A stretch of 64,000 bases of DNA from Myxococcota bacterium (GCA_039028615.1 JBCCHT010000010.1:1-64000), one strand, 5' to 3'; positions 44,832 to 55,552 are shown, counted from the first letter of the stretch. Made by a program: numbers and translations. The notes: generated from the sequence alone by a model not told the origin.

Positions 44832-46277
44832 ATGCGTATCGGCACTGCGCCGCTCGGATCGCTGCTGATCCTCTGTGCGGTAGTCCTGGCCATGACGTGG
44901 CCGGGCCGTGCCCTCGCGGGTCCCGAGATCAACATCCCCCGCGCCGAGGATGGTCCCGGCCTCAAGGTTGGCCAGCGGTCGACCTTCCACCCCGGCTTTG
45001 CTCTGGTCACTGGCGTCGACACCAACGTGTTCTCGCAGGCGTCCGAGGAGCAGCCGAGCACGGCCGCGTTCGTGATGCCCACCGGGTGGCTCGGCGTCGG
45101 CAACCGGCAGTTCCGCGACGGCCTGCTGATGAGCCCGCCGGAGCGGACCGGTCGCGCGCTCGACTACTACATCGGGGCCATCGTCGGCGCCCGCCAGTAC
45201 ATCTCGCGGCGGCAGACGGTCTACGGCCAGAGCCGGGTCAGCGGCGGCCTCCAGATGCGCCTGGCCTTCCTGCCCGGGCGACGCTTCTCGATCAACTTCG
45301 ACGAGGACGTCTTCCGCTACGCCCAGCCAGCCACCTACGAGGCGCAGCCCGAGTACAACTTCAACCGCATCGATCACCGCGGGCAGCTGACCTTCATCGG
45401 GCGGCCGGGCGGCGGTCGCTTCGGCGTGTTGCTGGGCCTGCGCAACCAGGTCCTCGGCTTCGAGAACCGCACGGCCAACGACGACATCGCCCGGGGCAAC
45501 CGGACCGTCAACGGCTTCATCAGCGAGGCGAAGTGGCGCTTTTTGCCCAAGAGCTCCCTGGTGTTCAGCTACGCGATGGACTGGACCTACTACTTCAGCT
45601 GTCGCGTGCAGGGGCTCGGCTGCAACAACGACAACTTCGCCCATCGGATCGTCGGTGGCTTCCGCGGCCAGGCGCTCAAGAAGGTCACCGTCGATGCGCT
45701 GGCCGGCTACGGCCTCGGCAACTACCGCACCGACGAGAACGGCCCGAACTTCAGCTCCTTCATCGGTGAGCTGTCGGTCAGCTACTTCCCCAACGTTCGC
45801 TCGCTGTTCAACGTGGCGCTCTACCGGTCCTTCCAGGACTCGCTTTTGGGCAACTACTACGTGGACATCGGGGCTCGCTTCCAGGCGCGCTACGAGTTCA
45901 AGTGGCGCATGGTGAGCACGGCCGGGGTCTGGGTCGCGGGGCGCCGCTACGCGGGGCTGCCCGTGCCCTTCCTCGAGGACGACTGCGACCGGGGCGACCC
46001 CACGCGGCCGTGCCCGCTCGAGTACGTGGGCGACGGGGCCGAGTCCTTCCAGCGACGCGACACGGTCTTCAACCTCAACCTCAAGGTCGAGCAGCCCTTC
46101 AAGCGCATCTGGTCGGTGGCGCTCCAGTACGACCTGGCCGTCGACTCCACCAACTTCGCCACGCTCTATCGCATCCAGGGCCAGGACGAGGACGGCAACC
46201 CGATCACCGAAGAGGCCTTCGACTTCGCCGGCTTCAATCGCCACGTGGTGATGCTGCTGGGGGCGGTTCGATTGTGA
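44832..46277 (+). CDS. Outer-membrane beta-barrel (EpsX/ExoB/Wzp-like partner of OPX)
   Basis: Signal peptide, alternating aromatic beta-strands. FHPGFALVTGVDTNVF first strand. Overlaps the OPX start. Confidence 0.75.
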   Translation: MRIGTAPLGSLLILCAVVLAMTWPGRALAGPEINIPRAEDGPGLKVGQRSTFHPGFALVTGVDTNVFSQASEEQPSTAAFVMPTGWLGVGNRQFRDGLLMSPPERTGRALDYYIGAIVGARQYISRRQTVYGQSRVSGGLQMRLAFLPGRRFSINFDEDVFRYAQPATYEAQPEYNFNRIDHRGQLTFIGRPGGGRFGVLLGLRNQVLGFENRTANDDIARGNRTVNGFISEAKWRFLPKSSLVFSYAMDWTYYFSCRVQGLGCNNDNFAHRIVGGFRGQALKKVTVDALAGYGLGNYRTDENGPNFSSFIGELSVSYFPNVRSLFNVALYRSFQDSLLGNYYVDIGARFQARYEFKWRMVSTAGVWVAGRRYAGLPVPFLEDDCDRGDPTRPCPLEYVGDGAESFQRRDTVFNLNLKVEQPFKRIWSVALQYDLAVDSTNFATLYRIQGQDEDGNPITEEAFDFAGFNRHVVMLLGAVRL

Positions 46278-46873
46278 AGGTCCTGCGGGCGCTGGCCGGG
46301 GCGAGCCTCAGCCTGTGCGTCGGCGTCGTCGGCTGCGAGCCCGCTCCGGCCAATCCGACGCTGCCTCCCGCCGTGCCGGGTCGCTCGCAGGAGCTGGGCC
46401 CGGGTGACGTGGTCGAGGTTCGGGTCACCGACCAAGAGGAACTCACCGGGGAGTACGAGGTCGGCGAGGACGGCTCGATCCGCTTCCCGTGGATCGGCAG
46501 TGTCGAGGTCGCCGGTCGCAGCAAGGCGGAGATCGCCGAGAGCATCGAGACCGCGCTGGCCGACGGATGGCTGCGGCAGCCTCAGGTCTCGGTGCGGGTG
46601 CTCGAGCGGCAAAACCGCGAGGTCAGCGTGCTCGGACAGGTCAACGAGCCGGGTTCGTACCCCTTCAAGGAGCGCTTGACGCTCGTTCAGGCCATCTCGT
46701 TGGCTGGGGGCCTCAACCCTCTGGCCCAAGCCAAGAAGGTGCAGTTGACGCGGGACACGGCCGAGGGCCGCCAGACCTACGTCATCGACGTCCGACAGAT
46801 CCTCGAGAGCAAGCAGGCCGATCTGCCGTTACTGCCCGGGGACATCGTGTTCGTACCGGAATCGCCGATCTGA
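46274..46873 (+). CDS. Short OPX (Wza-family) polysaccharide export lipoprotein (199 aa)
   Basis: Lipobox VVGC. Poly_export LGPGDVVEVRV...DGSIRFPWIG, SLBB VSVLGQVNEPG. Ends LLPGDIVFVPESPI. Confidence 0.92.
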   Translation: MKVLRALAGASLSLCVGVVGCEPAPANPTLPPAVPGRSQELGPGDVVEVRVTDQEELTGEYEVGEDGSIRFPWIGSVEVAGRSKAEIAESIETALADGWLRQPQVSVRVLERQNREVSVLGQVNEPGSYPFKERLTLVQAISLAGGLNPLAQAKKVQLTRDTAEGRQTYVIDVRQILESKQADLPLLPGDIVFVPESPI

Positions 46874-46992
46874 ACCCGGGCCGGAGTCCCGCGCGAATAC
46901 CTCCGCTGCCTACCTTATCCCACCCACCCCGCGACCAACCATAATTGGTCGGTTTTTCGCGGCATGGGCGCGACAGGCTAGACTTCGTTCCA

Positions 46993-48639
46993 ATGCCTCC
47001 AAGCTCCGAGCTCGTGCTGGGCATCGACCTTGGCACGACCAACTCCGCATGCGCCATCGTGCGTGAGGGGAGGGCGTCAGTGGTTCGCCGAGGCGAGGAC
47101 CGGATCGTACCTTCGGTCGTTGCTGCGTTGCCCGACGGTTCCATCGTCGTGGGCAATCGCGCCAAGCGACGCCGTGCCGTCGATCCAACGCAGGTGGTCT
47201 ACAGCGCCAAGCGCTTGATCGGTCGCCGGTTCTCGTCGCCCGAGGTGCAGCGCATGTGTCGGACGGTGCCCTACGAGATTCGCGAGGGCAACAACGAATC
47301 GGTCGTCGTCGAGCTCGGTTCCCGACTGCACAGCATCGTCGAGATTTCCGCCTATATCCTCACCTACCTGCGCGAGATGGCCGAAGAGGCGCTCGGGCAG
47401 CCGGTGAGCAAGGCGGTCATTGCCGTCCCCGCCAACTTCACCGACTCGCAGCGCAGCGCGACCCGCATCGCCGCGCGCCTAGCCGGACTCGACGTCATCC
47501 GGGTGATCAACGAGCCCACTGCGGCCGCGCTCGCCTACGGGTACATCGAGGACACCGACCGCCGCATCGCGGTCTACGACTTCGGTGGCGGTACCTTCGA
47601 CGTCACCGTCCTGCAGATCACCCGCAACGTGTTCGAGGTCCTGGCGACCTCGGGCGAGATGTTCCTGGGCGGCGACGACATCGACGAGGCCATCCTCGAC
47701 ATGATGATCGACGTGTTCCGCCGCCAGCAGGGGGGCGAGCTGGTCGAGACCCCGGTGGCCATGGAGCGCCTGCGGGCGGTGGCCGAGCAGGTGAAGATCC
47801 AGCTCTCCGAGCAAGACCGAGCCGCAGTGCACCTGCAAGAGGTCTTGCCCGGTCGCGACGGGACGCTCGACTTTTCGCTCTCCGACGTCGACACCCGACG
47901 CCCCATCGAGACCATCATTCGGCGCACCGTGCCCGTCTGCGAAGACGCGCTGAGCACGGCCGGCCTCGCCCCGCACCAGATCGACGAGATCGTGCTGGTG
48001 GGCGGTACGACCCGACTGCCGCTCGTTCGCGAGGTGGTGCAGCAGGTCTTCGGCAAGCCGCCTCAGACCTCGATCAACCCGATGAGCGTGGTCGCGGTGG
48101 GAGCCGCGATCCAAGGCGCGGCGCTAATGGGATCGCTGGTCCCCATGGCCACGGGCGGGGTCTCGGCCCCCGGCACGGCCAGCCCGGCTTCCGCCGTGTT
48201 GCTCGACGTGACTCCCCGCAGCCTCGGGGTTCGCACCGTGGGCGGCTACGTCGACGTCATCATCGAGCGCAACACCCCCATTCCGGTGGAGCAGACCCGT
48301 CTGTTCACCACCACCCGGGACAACCAACGCTTCGTGCGGATCCAGGTGTGCCAGGGGGAAGAAGAAGAGTTCGATCGCAACCTCAAGCTCGGCGAGGTCG
48401 TGCTCTCCGGGCTGCGGGATGCGGCCCGGGGCGAGGTGACCATCGCCGTCACCTTCGAGATCAACACCGACGGCCTGCTGGAGGTCCGCGCTCGAGATCG
48501 GGACACCGGTCAGCAGCAGGTGGCCACCATGCGGGTGCTGGGTGGGCTCAGCGAGGCCGAAGTGGCCGAGATGGTGGGTCGGATCGAGCCGCCCGTTCCG
48601 TCTTCATCTGGCGGCGACGTCACGACCACTCCGCGGTAG
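46993..48639 (+). CDS. Hsp70/DnaK-family protein lacking the C-terminal lid (548 aa)
   Basis: GIDLGTTNS, INEPTAAALAYG, DFGGGTFD, LVGGTTRLP, VLLDVTP. Ends just after GGLSEAEVAEMV. Confidence 0.92.
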   Translation: MPPSSELVLGIDLGTTNSACAIVREGRASVVRRGEDRIVPSVVAALPDGSIVVGNRAKRRRAVDPTQVVYSAKRLIGRRFSSPEVQRMCRTVPYEIREGNNESVVVELGSRLHSIVEISAYILTYLREMAEEALGQPVSKAVIAVPANFTDSQRSATRIAARLAGLDVIRVINEPTAAALAYGYIEDTDRRIAVYDFGGGTFDVTVLQITRNVFEVLATSGEMFLGGDDIDEAILDMMIDVFRRQQGGELVETPVAMERLRAVAEQVKIQLSEQDRAAVHLQEVLPGRDGTLDFSLSDVDTRRPIETIIRRTVPVCEDALSTAGLAPHQIDEIVLVGGTTRLPLVREVVQQVFGKPPQTSINPMSVVAVGAAIQGAALMGSLVPMATGGVSAPGTASPASAVLLDVTPRSLGVRTVGGYVDVIIERNTPIPVEQTRLFTTTRDNQRFVRIQVCQGEEEEFDRNLKLGEVVLSGLRDAARGEVTIAVTFEINTDGLLEVRARDRDTGQQQVATMRVLGGLSEAEVAEMVGRIEPPVPSSSGGDVTTTPR

Positions 48640-48648
48640 GCTTGGGCC

Positions 48649-49179
48649 ATGTCCGACGAGCTGCTCGCAGAGATCATGCGGCTTTACGAAGGGCTCGAGG
48701 AGCTGTCGTACTACGAGTACCTCGGCCTGCGGCCAGGCTGCGACTACGTGGCGGTGCGCGACGGCTTCTACTCTCGGGCGCAGCGCTTCCACCCCGATCA
48801 GTTCGTCTACCGCGGCGGCGAGAGCCTGCGCGCGGCGGTCTATGCCGTCTTCAAGCGCATGACCGAGGCCTACAACGTGTTGCTCAACCCCGAGCTTCGC
48901 GTGCTCTACGACGCGGCGCTGGTGCGCGGCGAGGCGCGGCTGTCCGAGGTCGCCCGCGCGCGACGGCTGACCGCCGAGGAGCGAAAGGTCCACAATTCCT
49001 TCGCGCGGATCTACCTGCGATCCGCGCGGCGCAAGCTCGAGCTCGGTGAGCTGCGTGGGGCCTGGGTCGACGTTCGACTCGGCCTCACCCTCGAGCAGGC
49101 AGCGCCCCTGCGGCACCTGCTCAACGAGATCGAGCAACACCCGGCGGCCCCCGGCCTGCTGGGTCGAGGTCGACGATGA
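48649..49179 (+). CDS. J-domain protein
   Basis: YYEYLGL, RFHPD, FKRMTEAYNVL...R..YD. Confidence 0.9.
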   Translation: MSDELLAEIMRLYEGLEELSYYEYLGLRPGCDYVAVRDGFYSRAQRFHPDQFVYRGGESLRAAVYAVFKRMTEAYNVLLNPELRVLYDAALVRGEARLSEVARARRLTAEERKVHNSFARIYLRSARRKLELGELRGAWVDVRLGLTLEQAAPLRHLLNEIEQHPAAPGLLGRGRR

Positions 49180-49781
49180 GCGAGATACGCCGAGCCCGAG
49201 TCGAGCGGAAGACCAAGGAAACCAGCATCGAGGTGGAGCTGGCCGTGCCGGGGGATGCCCCCGCGCCGTCGCAGATCATCACCCCAGTGCCCTTCCTGAC
49301 CCACATGCTCGAGGCGCTGGCCAAGCATGGCGCGATGGACCTGCGGGTCCACGCCGAGGGCGACGTGGAGATCGACGACCACCACACGGTCGAAGACGTC
49401 GGCCTCACCCTGGGCATGGCGCTCGACCAGGCGCTGGGCGAGCGGCGCGGCATCGTGCGCTACGGCTGCTTCTCGCTGGCGATGGACGAGACCCTCGTCG
49501 ACTGTGCGCTGGATCTCGGGGGGCGGCCCTACCTCGTGTACGAGCTCCCCGCCATCGACGGGCGCTGGATCGGTCGCTTCGACTGTGATCTGGTCAAAGA
49601 ATTCTTCCAGGCCCTGGTCGTGCAGTCGCGCATGAACCTGCACCTGCACCTGCGGGCGGGGGGCAATGCGCATCACGTGGTGGAAGCGGCGTTCAAGGGT
49701 TTTGCCCGGGCCTTGCGAATGGCCTGTGCGCTGGACCCGGCGTTGGCGGGCTCGCTGCCCTCGACCAAGGGCGCGATCTGA
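49176..49781 (+). CDS. hisB: Imidazoleglycerol-phosphate dehydratase
   Basis: RKTKET, DDHHTVED, MDE, NAHHVVEAAFK, PSTKG. Confidence 0.97.
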   Translation: MSEIRRARVERKTKETSIEVELAVPGDAPAPSQIITPVPFLTHMLEALAKHGAMDLRVHAEGDVEIDDHHTVEDVGLTLGMALDQALGERRGIVRYGCFSLAMDETLVDCALDLGGRPYLVYELPAIDGRWIGRFDCDLVKEFFQALVVQSRMNLHLHLRAGGNAHHVVEAAFKGFARALRMACALDPALAGSLPSTKGAI

Positions 49782-49862
49782 AGACCCGTACGGGGCTCGC
49801 TCACGTTGTCCGCAGGTGGGGTGCTCGATTCGGGCCGCCCGCGCGGCTACTCTTGCCGCCGC

Positions 49863-51467
<1,605 letters not shown>

Positions 51468-51514
51468 ACGGGGGCTCGGCGCGGGGCGGCCGGGTGTGCC
51501 AAGCTGGGCACGCG

Positions 51515-51955
51515 ATGCGTACGCAGACACGCCAGACCACAGCCGCCTTGGTCGGCGCGGCGTGGGTCCTCGGGCTCGGGCTCCTCGGGTGCGGGCCCGG
51601 CCCGAGCACGCGTTCGCTGCACGAGGTCGACGGCCAGGTGGTGGCCTCGTCTCCGCCGCCGCCCGTCGCGTACGAGGAATATCTCAAGGCTCGCCTGGCG
51701 CTCGAGCGCGACCCGCCGCAGCTCGAAGAAGCCCGGCGCTCGATCGAGCGGGCGCTCCGCTACGACCCTCGCGACCCGCACCTGTGGGCGACCCATGCCG
51801 AGATCGAGGCGCGGGCGGGGGAGCGGGAGCGGGCCGAGGCTTCGGCTCGCAAGGCGCTGGCGATTCGCCCCGGCTATCCGCCGGCCGAGCGGGTGCTGGC
51901 CGAGCTGAGCGGAGGCTCGGGCGCGAGCGCAGGCGAAGCTGCGGTGCAGCCCTGA
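51515..51955 (+). CDS. Small TPR lipoprotein
   Basis: Lipobox LLGC, TPR-like helices. Confidence 0.75.
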   Translation: MRTQTRQTTAALVGAAWVLGLGLLGCGPGPSTRSLHEVDGQVVASSPPPPVAYEEYLKARLALERDPPQLEEARRSIERALRYDPRDPHLWATHAEIEARAGERERAEASARKALAIRPGYPPAERVLAELSGGSGASAGEAAVQP

Positions 51956-51968
51956 GCCGGGGGCTCGT

Positions 51969-52676
51969 TCAGCGCGAGTACCAGGTCTTGATCTCGCTGG
52001 ACTTCACGTAGCGATTGATCCGGACGACCCTGGCCTGTTCGAAGTCGAGCTGGAGCCGCAGGGCGAGGAGCTTGTCGCGGACGGCAGAGGGCAGCTCGCT
52101 GAGCTGGATGGCCTGGGTCGGCGCGGTGGTGCGCTCGTAGCGATAGGGTCGAGGGCTCTCCATCGGCTCGGCGTAGTCGAAGTGGTAGATGCCGTCGGGG
52201 CCGCGGTGATGGTCGAGCAGCTCTTCGATGGTGTCGATCCGCCACGCGCCCCGGACGACGTCGAGCGCCCGGACGTCCTCGATGTACTGCCCACCGAGCT
52301 CCACGCGGCTCATCAACACGACCGGTGGCTCGACGCGAACCTTGGCCATGAACTCGCCATCGAGCTCGGGGATGTAGGCGGACAGGTCGCGGGGATCGAC
52401 GCCGTCGGGAGGGTCGAGCACGACCACGATCCGCTGCGGTCGCTCGAAGCGGTACTGCTCGGGCACATCGAAGTCGACGCCGGACTCGAGCAAGCGGGCG
52501 AAGCGGATGGCATGCAAAGCGGCGAACTCGGGGTCGTCCTCGGTGGTCCAGTCGCTCGGGGCCAGCAGGGGCACGCCGCCTTCCTCGCTGCTGTCGAAGA
52601 AGCCGACGTTGCCGTCCTGGTCGACGGCGTACCACTGGGTGTCCATGCTGTGCGCCGCGGGGTAGTCGTCCGACAT
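51969..52676 (-). CDS. Hypothetical protein, DYPAAHSMDT family, paralog 2 (235 aa)
   Basis: Shares DYPAAHSMDTQWYAVD, EEGGVP, VVVLDPPDGVDP, GQYIEDVR and PYRYER with the adjacent gene. Confidence 0.85.
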   Translation of the reverse strand: MSDDYPAAHSMDTQWYAVDQDGNVGFFDSSEEGGVPLLAPSDWTTEDDPEFAALHAIRFARLLESGVDFDVPEQYRFERPQRIVVVLDPPDGVDPRDLSAYIPELDGEFMAKVRVEPPVVLMSRVELGGQYIEDVRALDVVRGAWRIDTIEELLDHHRGPDGIYHFDYAEPMESPRPYRYERTTAPTQAIQLSELPSAVRDKLLALRLQLDFEQARVVRINRYVKSSEIKTWYSR

Positions 52677-52682
52677 GGCCGC

Positions 52683-53414
52683 TCAGCTCCAGGTGCCGAT
52701 CTTCTTTTCGAGGATGTGGTCGTCGAGCTTCACGTCCTTCGCTCCTTCGAAGTCCAGCTGCAGGCGTAGCGCGGCGAGCTTTTCTTGCACTGCGGCGGGC
52801 AGCTCGGCCACGTTGATTCCGCGCTGGGGGGCGTGCCGTCGCTCGTAGCGGTAGGGCTCGAGGCTCCCCCAGGGGTTGGCTGCTTCGAAGTGGAAGATGC
52901 CGTCCGCGCCCGCGTGGTCGTGCAGGAAGCCATCGATGCGAGCGATGCTCCACGCGCCACGAACGGCGGGGAGGTCTCGGACGTCTTCGATGTACTGGCC
53001 GTCGAGCTCGATTCGGCTGAGCAACACGACCGGAGGCTCGGCGCGGATGACCTGCATGAAGTCTCCGGCCAGCTCGGGGGCGTAGGCGAGCAGCTCGGTC
53101 GGGTCGACGCCGTCGGGAGGATCGAGCACCACCACGACCTGGGTCGGATCGGAGTAGCGGAAGCGGTCCTCGATCTCGAGGGCTCGCCCGGCCTCGAGCA
53201 TCCGGGCGAGGCGCATGGCGTGCAGGATGGCGAAGTCGGGGTCGGAGCTGGACTCGTGTTCGCACGCGGCGTCGACGGGCACGCCCCCTTCCTCGCCACT
53301 TTCGAAGAAGCCCACGTGGCCCTCGCGATCCACCGCGTACCACTGCGTGTCCATGCTGTGCGCCGCGGGGTAGTCCACGGCGCTTTGGCTCGGGTCGTGG
53401 TCGATGTCGGACAT
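52683..53414 (-). CDS. Hypothetical protein, DYPAAHSMDT family, paralog 1 (243 aa)
   Basis: Colinear paralog of 51969..52676. Confidence 0.85.
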   Translation of the reverse strand: MSDIDHDPSQSAVDYPAAHSMDTQWYAVDREGHVGFFESGEEGGVPVDAACEHESSSDPDFAILHAMRLARMLEAGRALEIEDRFRYSDPTQVVVVLDPPDGVDPTELLAYAPELAGDFMQVIRAEPPVVLLSRIELDGQYIEDVRDLPAVRGAWSIARIDGFLHDHAGADGIFHFEAANPWGSLEPYRYERRHAPQRGINVAELPAAVQEKLAALRLQLDFEGAKDVKLDDHILEKKIGTWS

Positions 53415-53429
53415 CGCAGGGAGGTGGGG

Positions 53430-54233
53430 CTAGGGGGCTTTGGTCGCGGCGGAAGCAGGGCGGCGTAGCGTCACCAGCGGATCGGTCGGCTCGGGTCCGC
53501 AGTAGTCCAGACCAAGGCCGAGCAAGGCATCCAGCATCGCGCTGAAGGTGGGCTCGGCGAGGGTCCGACGCGATCGAGTATAGGAGCACCAGGCCACGCT
53601 GCGGTCCCACCCCAACGAGCAGAAGCGCGGGCTGGCGGCGCAGCCCTGCAGGCAGGTCATGGACTGGAACGGGCCCGCGGCGACCGTGGCCAGCTCTTCG
53701 GGGCTCGGCGTGTCTTGGCCGCGCATGGGCAGGTAGACGATGCGCTCGTTGTCGATGCCGGCGTCGTGCAGGCGGCGAGCGGCATCGCGGGAGGCGGGCA
53801 GGGTGGAGCGCTGCACGAGCAGGTTGATGCCGCTGCGGATGCCGGCGTCGGCCAGCGCGTGGACGTGCTCGATGACCCGCTGTACCTCGGCGAGGCGACC
53901 GGGGAAGTGGATGGAGACGTGGACTTTGTCCGGCTGGGCTTCGAGCACGCGGTCGAAGGTGGCGGAGTCGAGCAGGGGCAGCCCGTTGGTGGTGAACGAG
54001 CGAAACAGCTGCCCCCGCAGGGCCTCGAGCACGGGCCACAGCAGCGGCGACTCGAGGGGCTCGCCCCCGCCGAACGAGACCGCCTCGACCCCGTGGGCGG
54101 CACAGTCACGCACGAACGCAACGAGGTCGTCCGCGGTCCACTGCGTCGAGCCCTGGGCCGAGCTGTGCGAGTAGCAGAACCAGCAGGCCTTGCTGCAGCG
54201 CTGGCTCAGCTCGATGGACAGGCGGGTGAACAT
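53430..54233 (-). CDS. Radical SAM protein (267 aa)
   Basis: CSKACWFC (CxxxCxxC), SFGGGEPL, FTTNG. C-terminal CLQGC...FCS...WCS. Confidence 0.93.
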   Translation of the reverse strand: MFTRLSIELSQRCSKACWFCYSHSSAQGSTQWTADDLVAFVRDCAAHGVEAVSFGGGEPLESPLLWPVLEALRGQLFRSFTTNGLPLLDSATFDRVLEAQPDKVHVSIHFPGRLAEVQRVIEHVHALADAGIRSGINLLVQRSTLPASRDAARRLHDAGIDNERIVYLPMRGQDTPSPEELATVAAGPFQSMTCLQGCAASPRFCSLGWDRSVAWCSYTRSRRTLAEPTFSAMLDALLGLGLDYCGPEPTDPLVTLRRPASAATKAP

Positions 54234-54378
54234 GCGGAACGAACGAGCCGTTCGATGCTAGCGACAATCCCGCGATTGTGGCTCGGCTCGGTGGCCGCTC
54301 GGACACGAACAAACGGCGCCGGATGCGTGCACGCATCGAACGGCGCCGTGACGGCAGGTCCTGCGAGAGGACGACGAC

Positions 54379-54846
54379 CTAGAGGAAAGTGCTGAGGTAC
54401 AGCGCCAGGCAGTACCAGGGCGTGCCCGCGAGCAGCAGGGCCCGACGGGCGCGAGCCAAGTTGGTCTTGCTGCCGCCGACCACGATGGCCGCGACGGCGA
54501 GGCACCAGGCGAACGCCGCCACCACCACGGCCATGGCGAAGCTCTTGAGCGTCAGCGGGGCCAAGGTGGGCACCAGCCAACCCAGCGCGGCGACCAGCGT
54601 GAGCCCCACCGGGAGGTAGGCCACCAGCATCGACGCGGTGGAGATGACCGGATGAGACGCGGTGGTCGAGGGCCGACGCAGGTGCGAAAGGACCCAGGCC
54701 AGCAGGAAGACGAAGCTGCACACGAGGGCCAGCACGACGCCGCCCATCACCAAGATCTCCTGAATTCGCTTGAGCAGCTCGAGCAGCCGATCGAGATCGG
54801 GGAGCGCGGCGAGCTCGGAGAGGTTCAGGGCGACCGTGGCGAGCAT
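54379..54846 (-). CDS. Hypothetical membrane protein (~4 TM, 155 aa)
   Basis: Start MLATVALNL, several hydrophobic helices. Confidence 0.7.
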   Translation of the reverse strand: MLATVALNLSELAALPDLDRLLELLKRIQEILVMGGVVLALVCSFVFLLAWVLSHLRRPSTTASHPVISTASMLVAYLPVGLTLVAALGWLVPTLAPLTLKSFAMAVVVAAFAWCLAVAAIVVGGSKTNLARARRALLLAGTPWYCLALYLSTFL

Positions 54847-55004
54847 GGGGGCAGTGTAGCAACCGAGCCGCGCGCGACCAGCGGATCCACGGTGCCGGAC
54901 CGGGTGTTGCGCGGCTTTGGCGAACACCAAAACCGCGTATGTGGCGCGCCCTCGGACCCTTGCGACCGGCGCGAGGGTCGGGTACACCCACCGCCCTTCC
55001 AAGC

Positions 55005-55078
55005 GCGCGCGTAGCTCAGCTGGATAGAGTATCGGCTTCCGAAGCCGAGGGTCGCAGGTTCGAACCCTGCCGCGCGTA
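55005..55078 (+). tRNA. tRNA-Arg (anticodon CCG)
   Basis: GCGCGCG acceptor, TAGCTCAGCTGGATAGAG D-arm, TCGGC-TTCCGAA-GCCGA anticodon arm, GGTTCGAACC T-arm. Followed by CCG. Confidence 0.97.
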
Positions 55079-55085
55079 CCGCCCA

Positions 55086-55114
55086 ACAGCCTCGCAGGCC
55101 CCCTGCGGGGCTGT
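55086..55114 (+). terminator. Hairpin downstream of tRNA-Arg
   Basis: ACAGCCTCGCAG-GCCCC-CTGCGGGGCTGT. Confidence 0.6.
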
Positions 55115-55144
55115 CGTCGTTTCGGCGGCTGGTACGCTGATGGA

Positions 55145-55447
55145 ATGACCGAGCCCGACGACCAGGAACGACGAGAGCGGGCTGCGATCTTGGCTCGGCG
55201 GCAGCGCTTCGTGTCGGCGGCGCTGACCGGCATCACCACCAGCACGCTGGCGACGGCATGCGCGTGCCTCAACGTGGCGACCGAAGCGGCTCCGGTCACG
55301 CCCGACGACGGGGCCGAGGCGGAGGAGCCGACCGCGGTCGAGGGTGCGGATGCCCCCGCGCCCGAAGAGGGCGCCGACGACGGTGAGGCGGCGGCCGAAG
55401 GCGCGGAAGAGCCCGCGGCCGAAGCCGCAGCCGACTCCGCCGAGTAG
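55145..55447 (+). CDS. Small exported protein/lipoprotein with acidic tail (100 aa)
   Basis: ILARRQRFVSAALTG leader, ACACL, E/A-rich tail. Confidence 0.65.
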   Translation: MTEPDDQERRERAAILARRQRFVSAALTGITTSTLATACACLNVATEAAPVTPDDGAEAEEPTAVEGADAPAPEEGADDGEAAAEGAEEPAAEAAADSAE

Positions 55448-55552
55448 TCGGGTCGCGTCGAGCAGGCGCGGCACGGCAGAGCACGATCGCTCGGCGAACA
55501 CCTACGCGTAGGTTCGCCGTCGCGCGCATCGATCTCTCGCCAGCGGGAGTCA

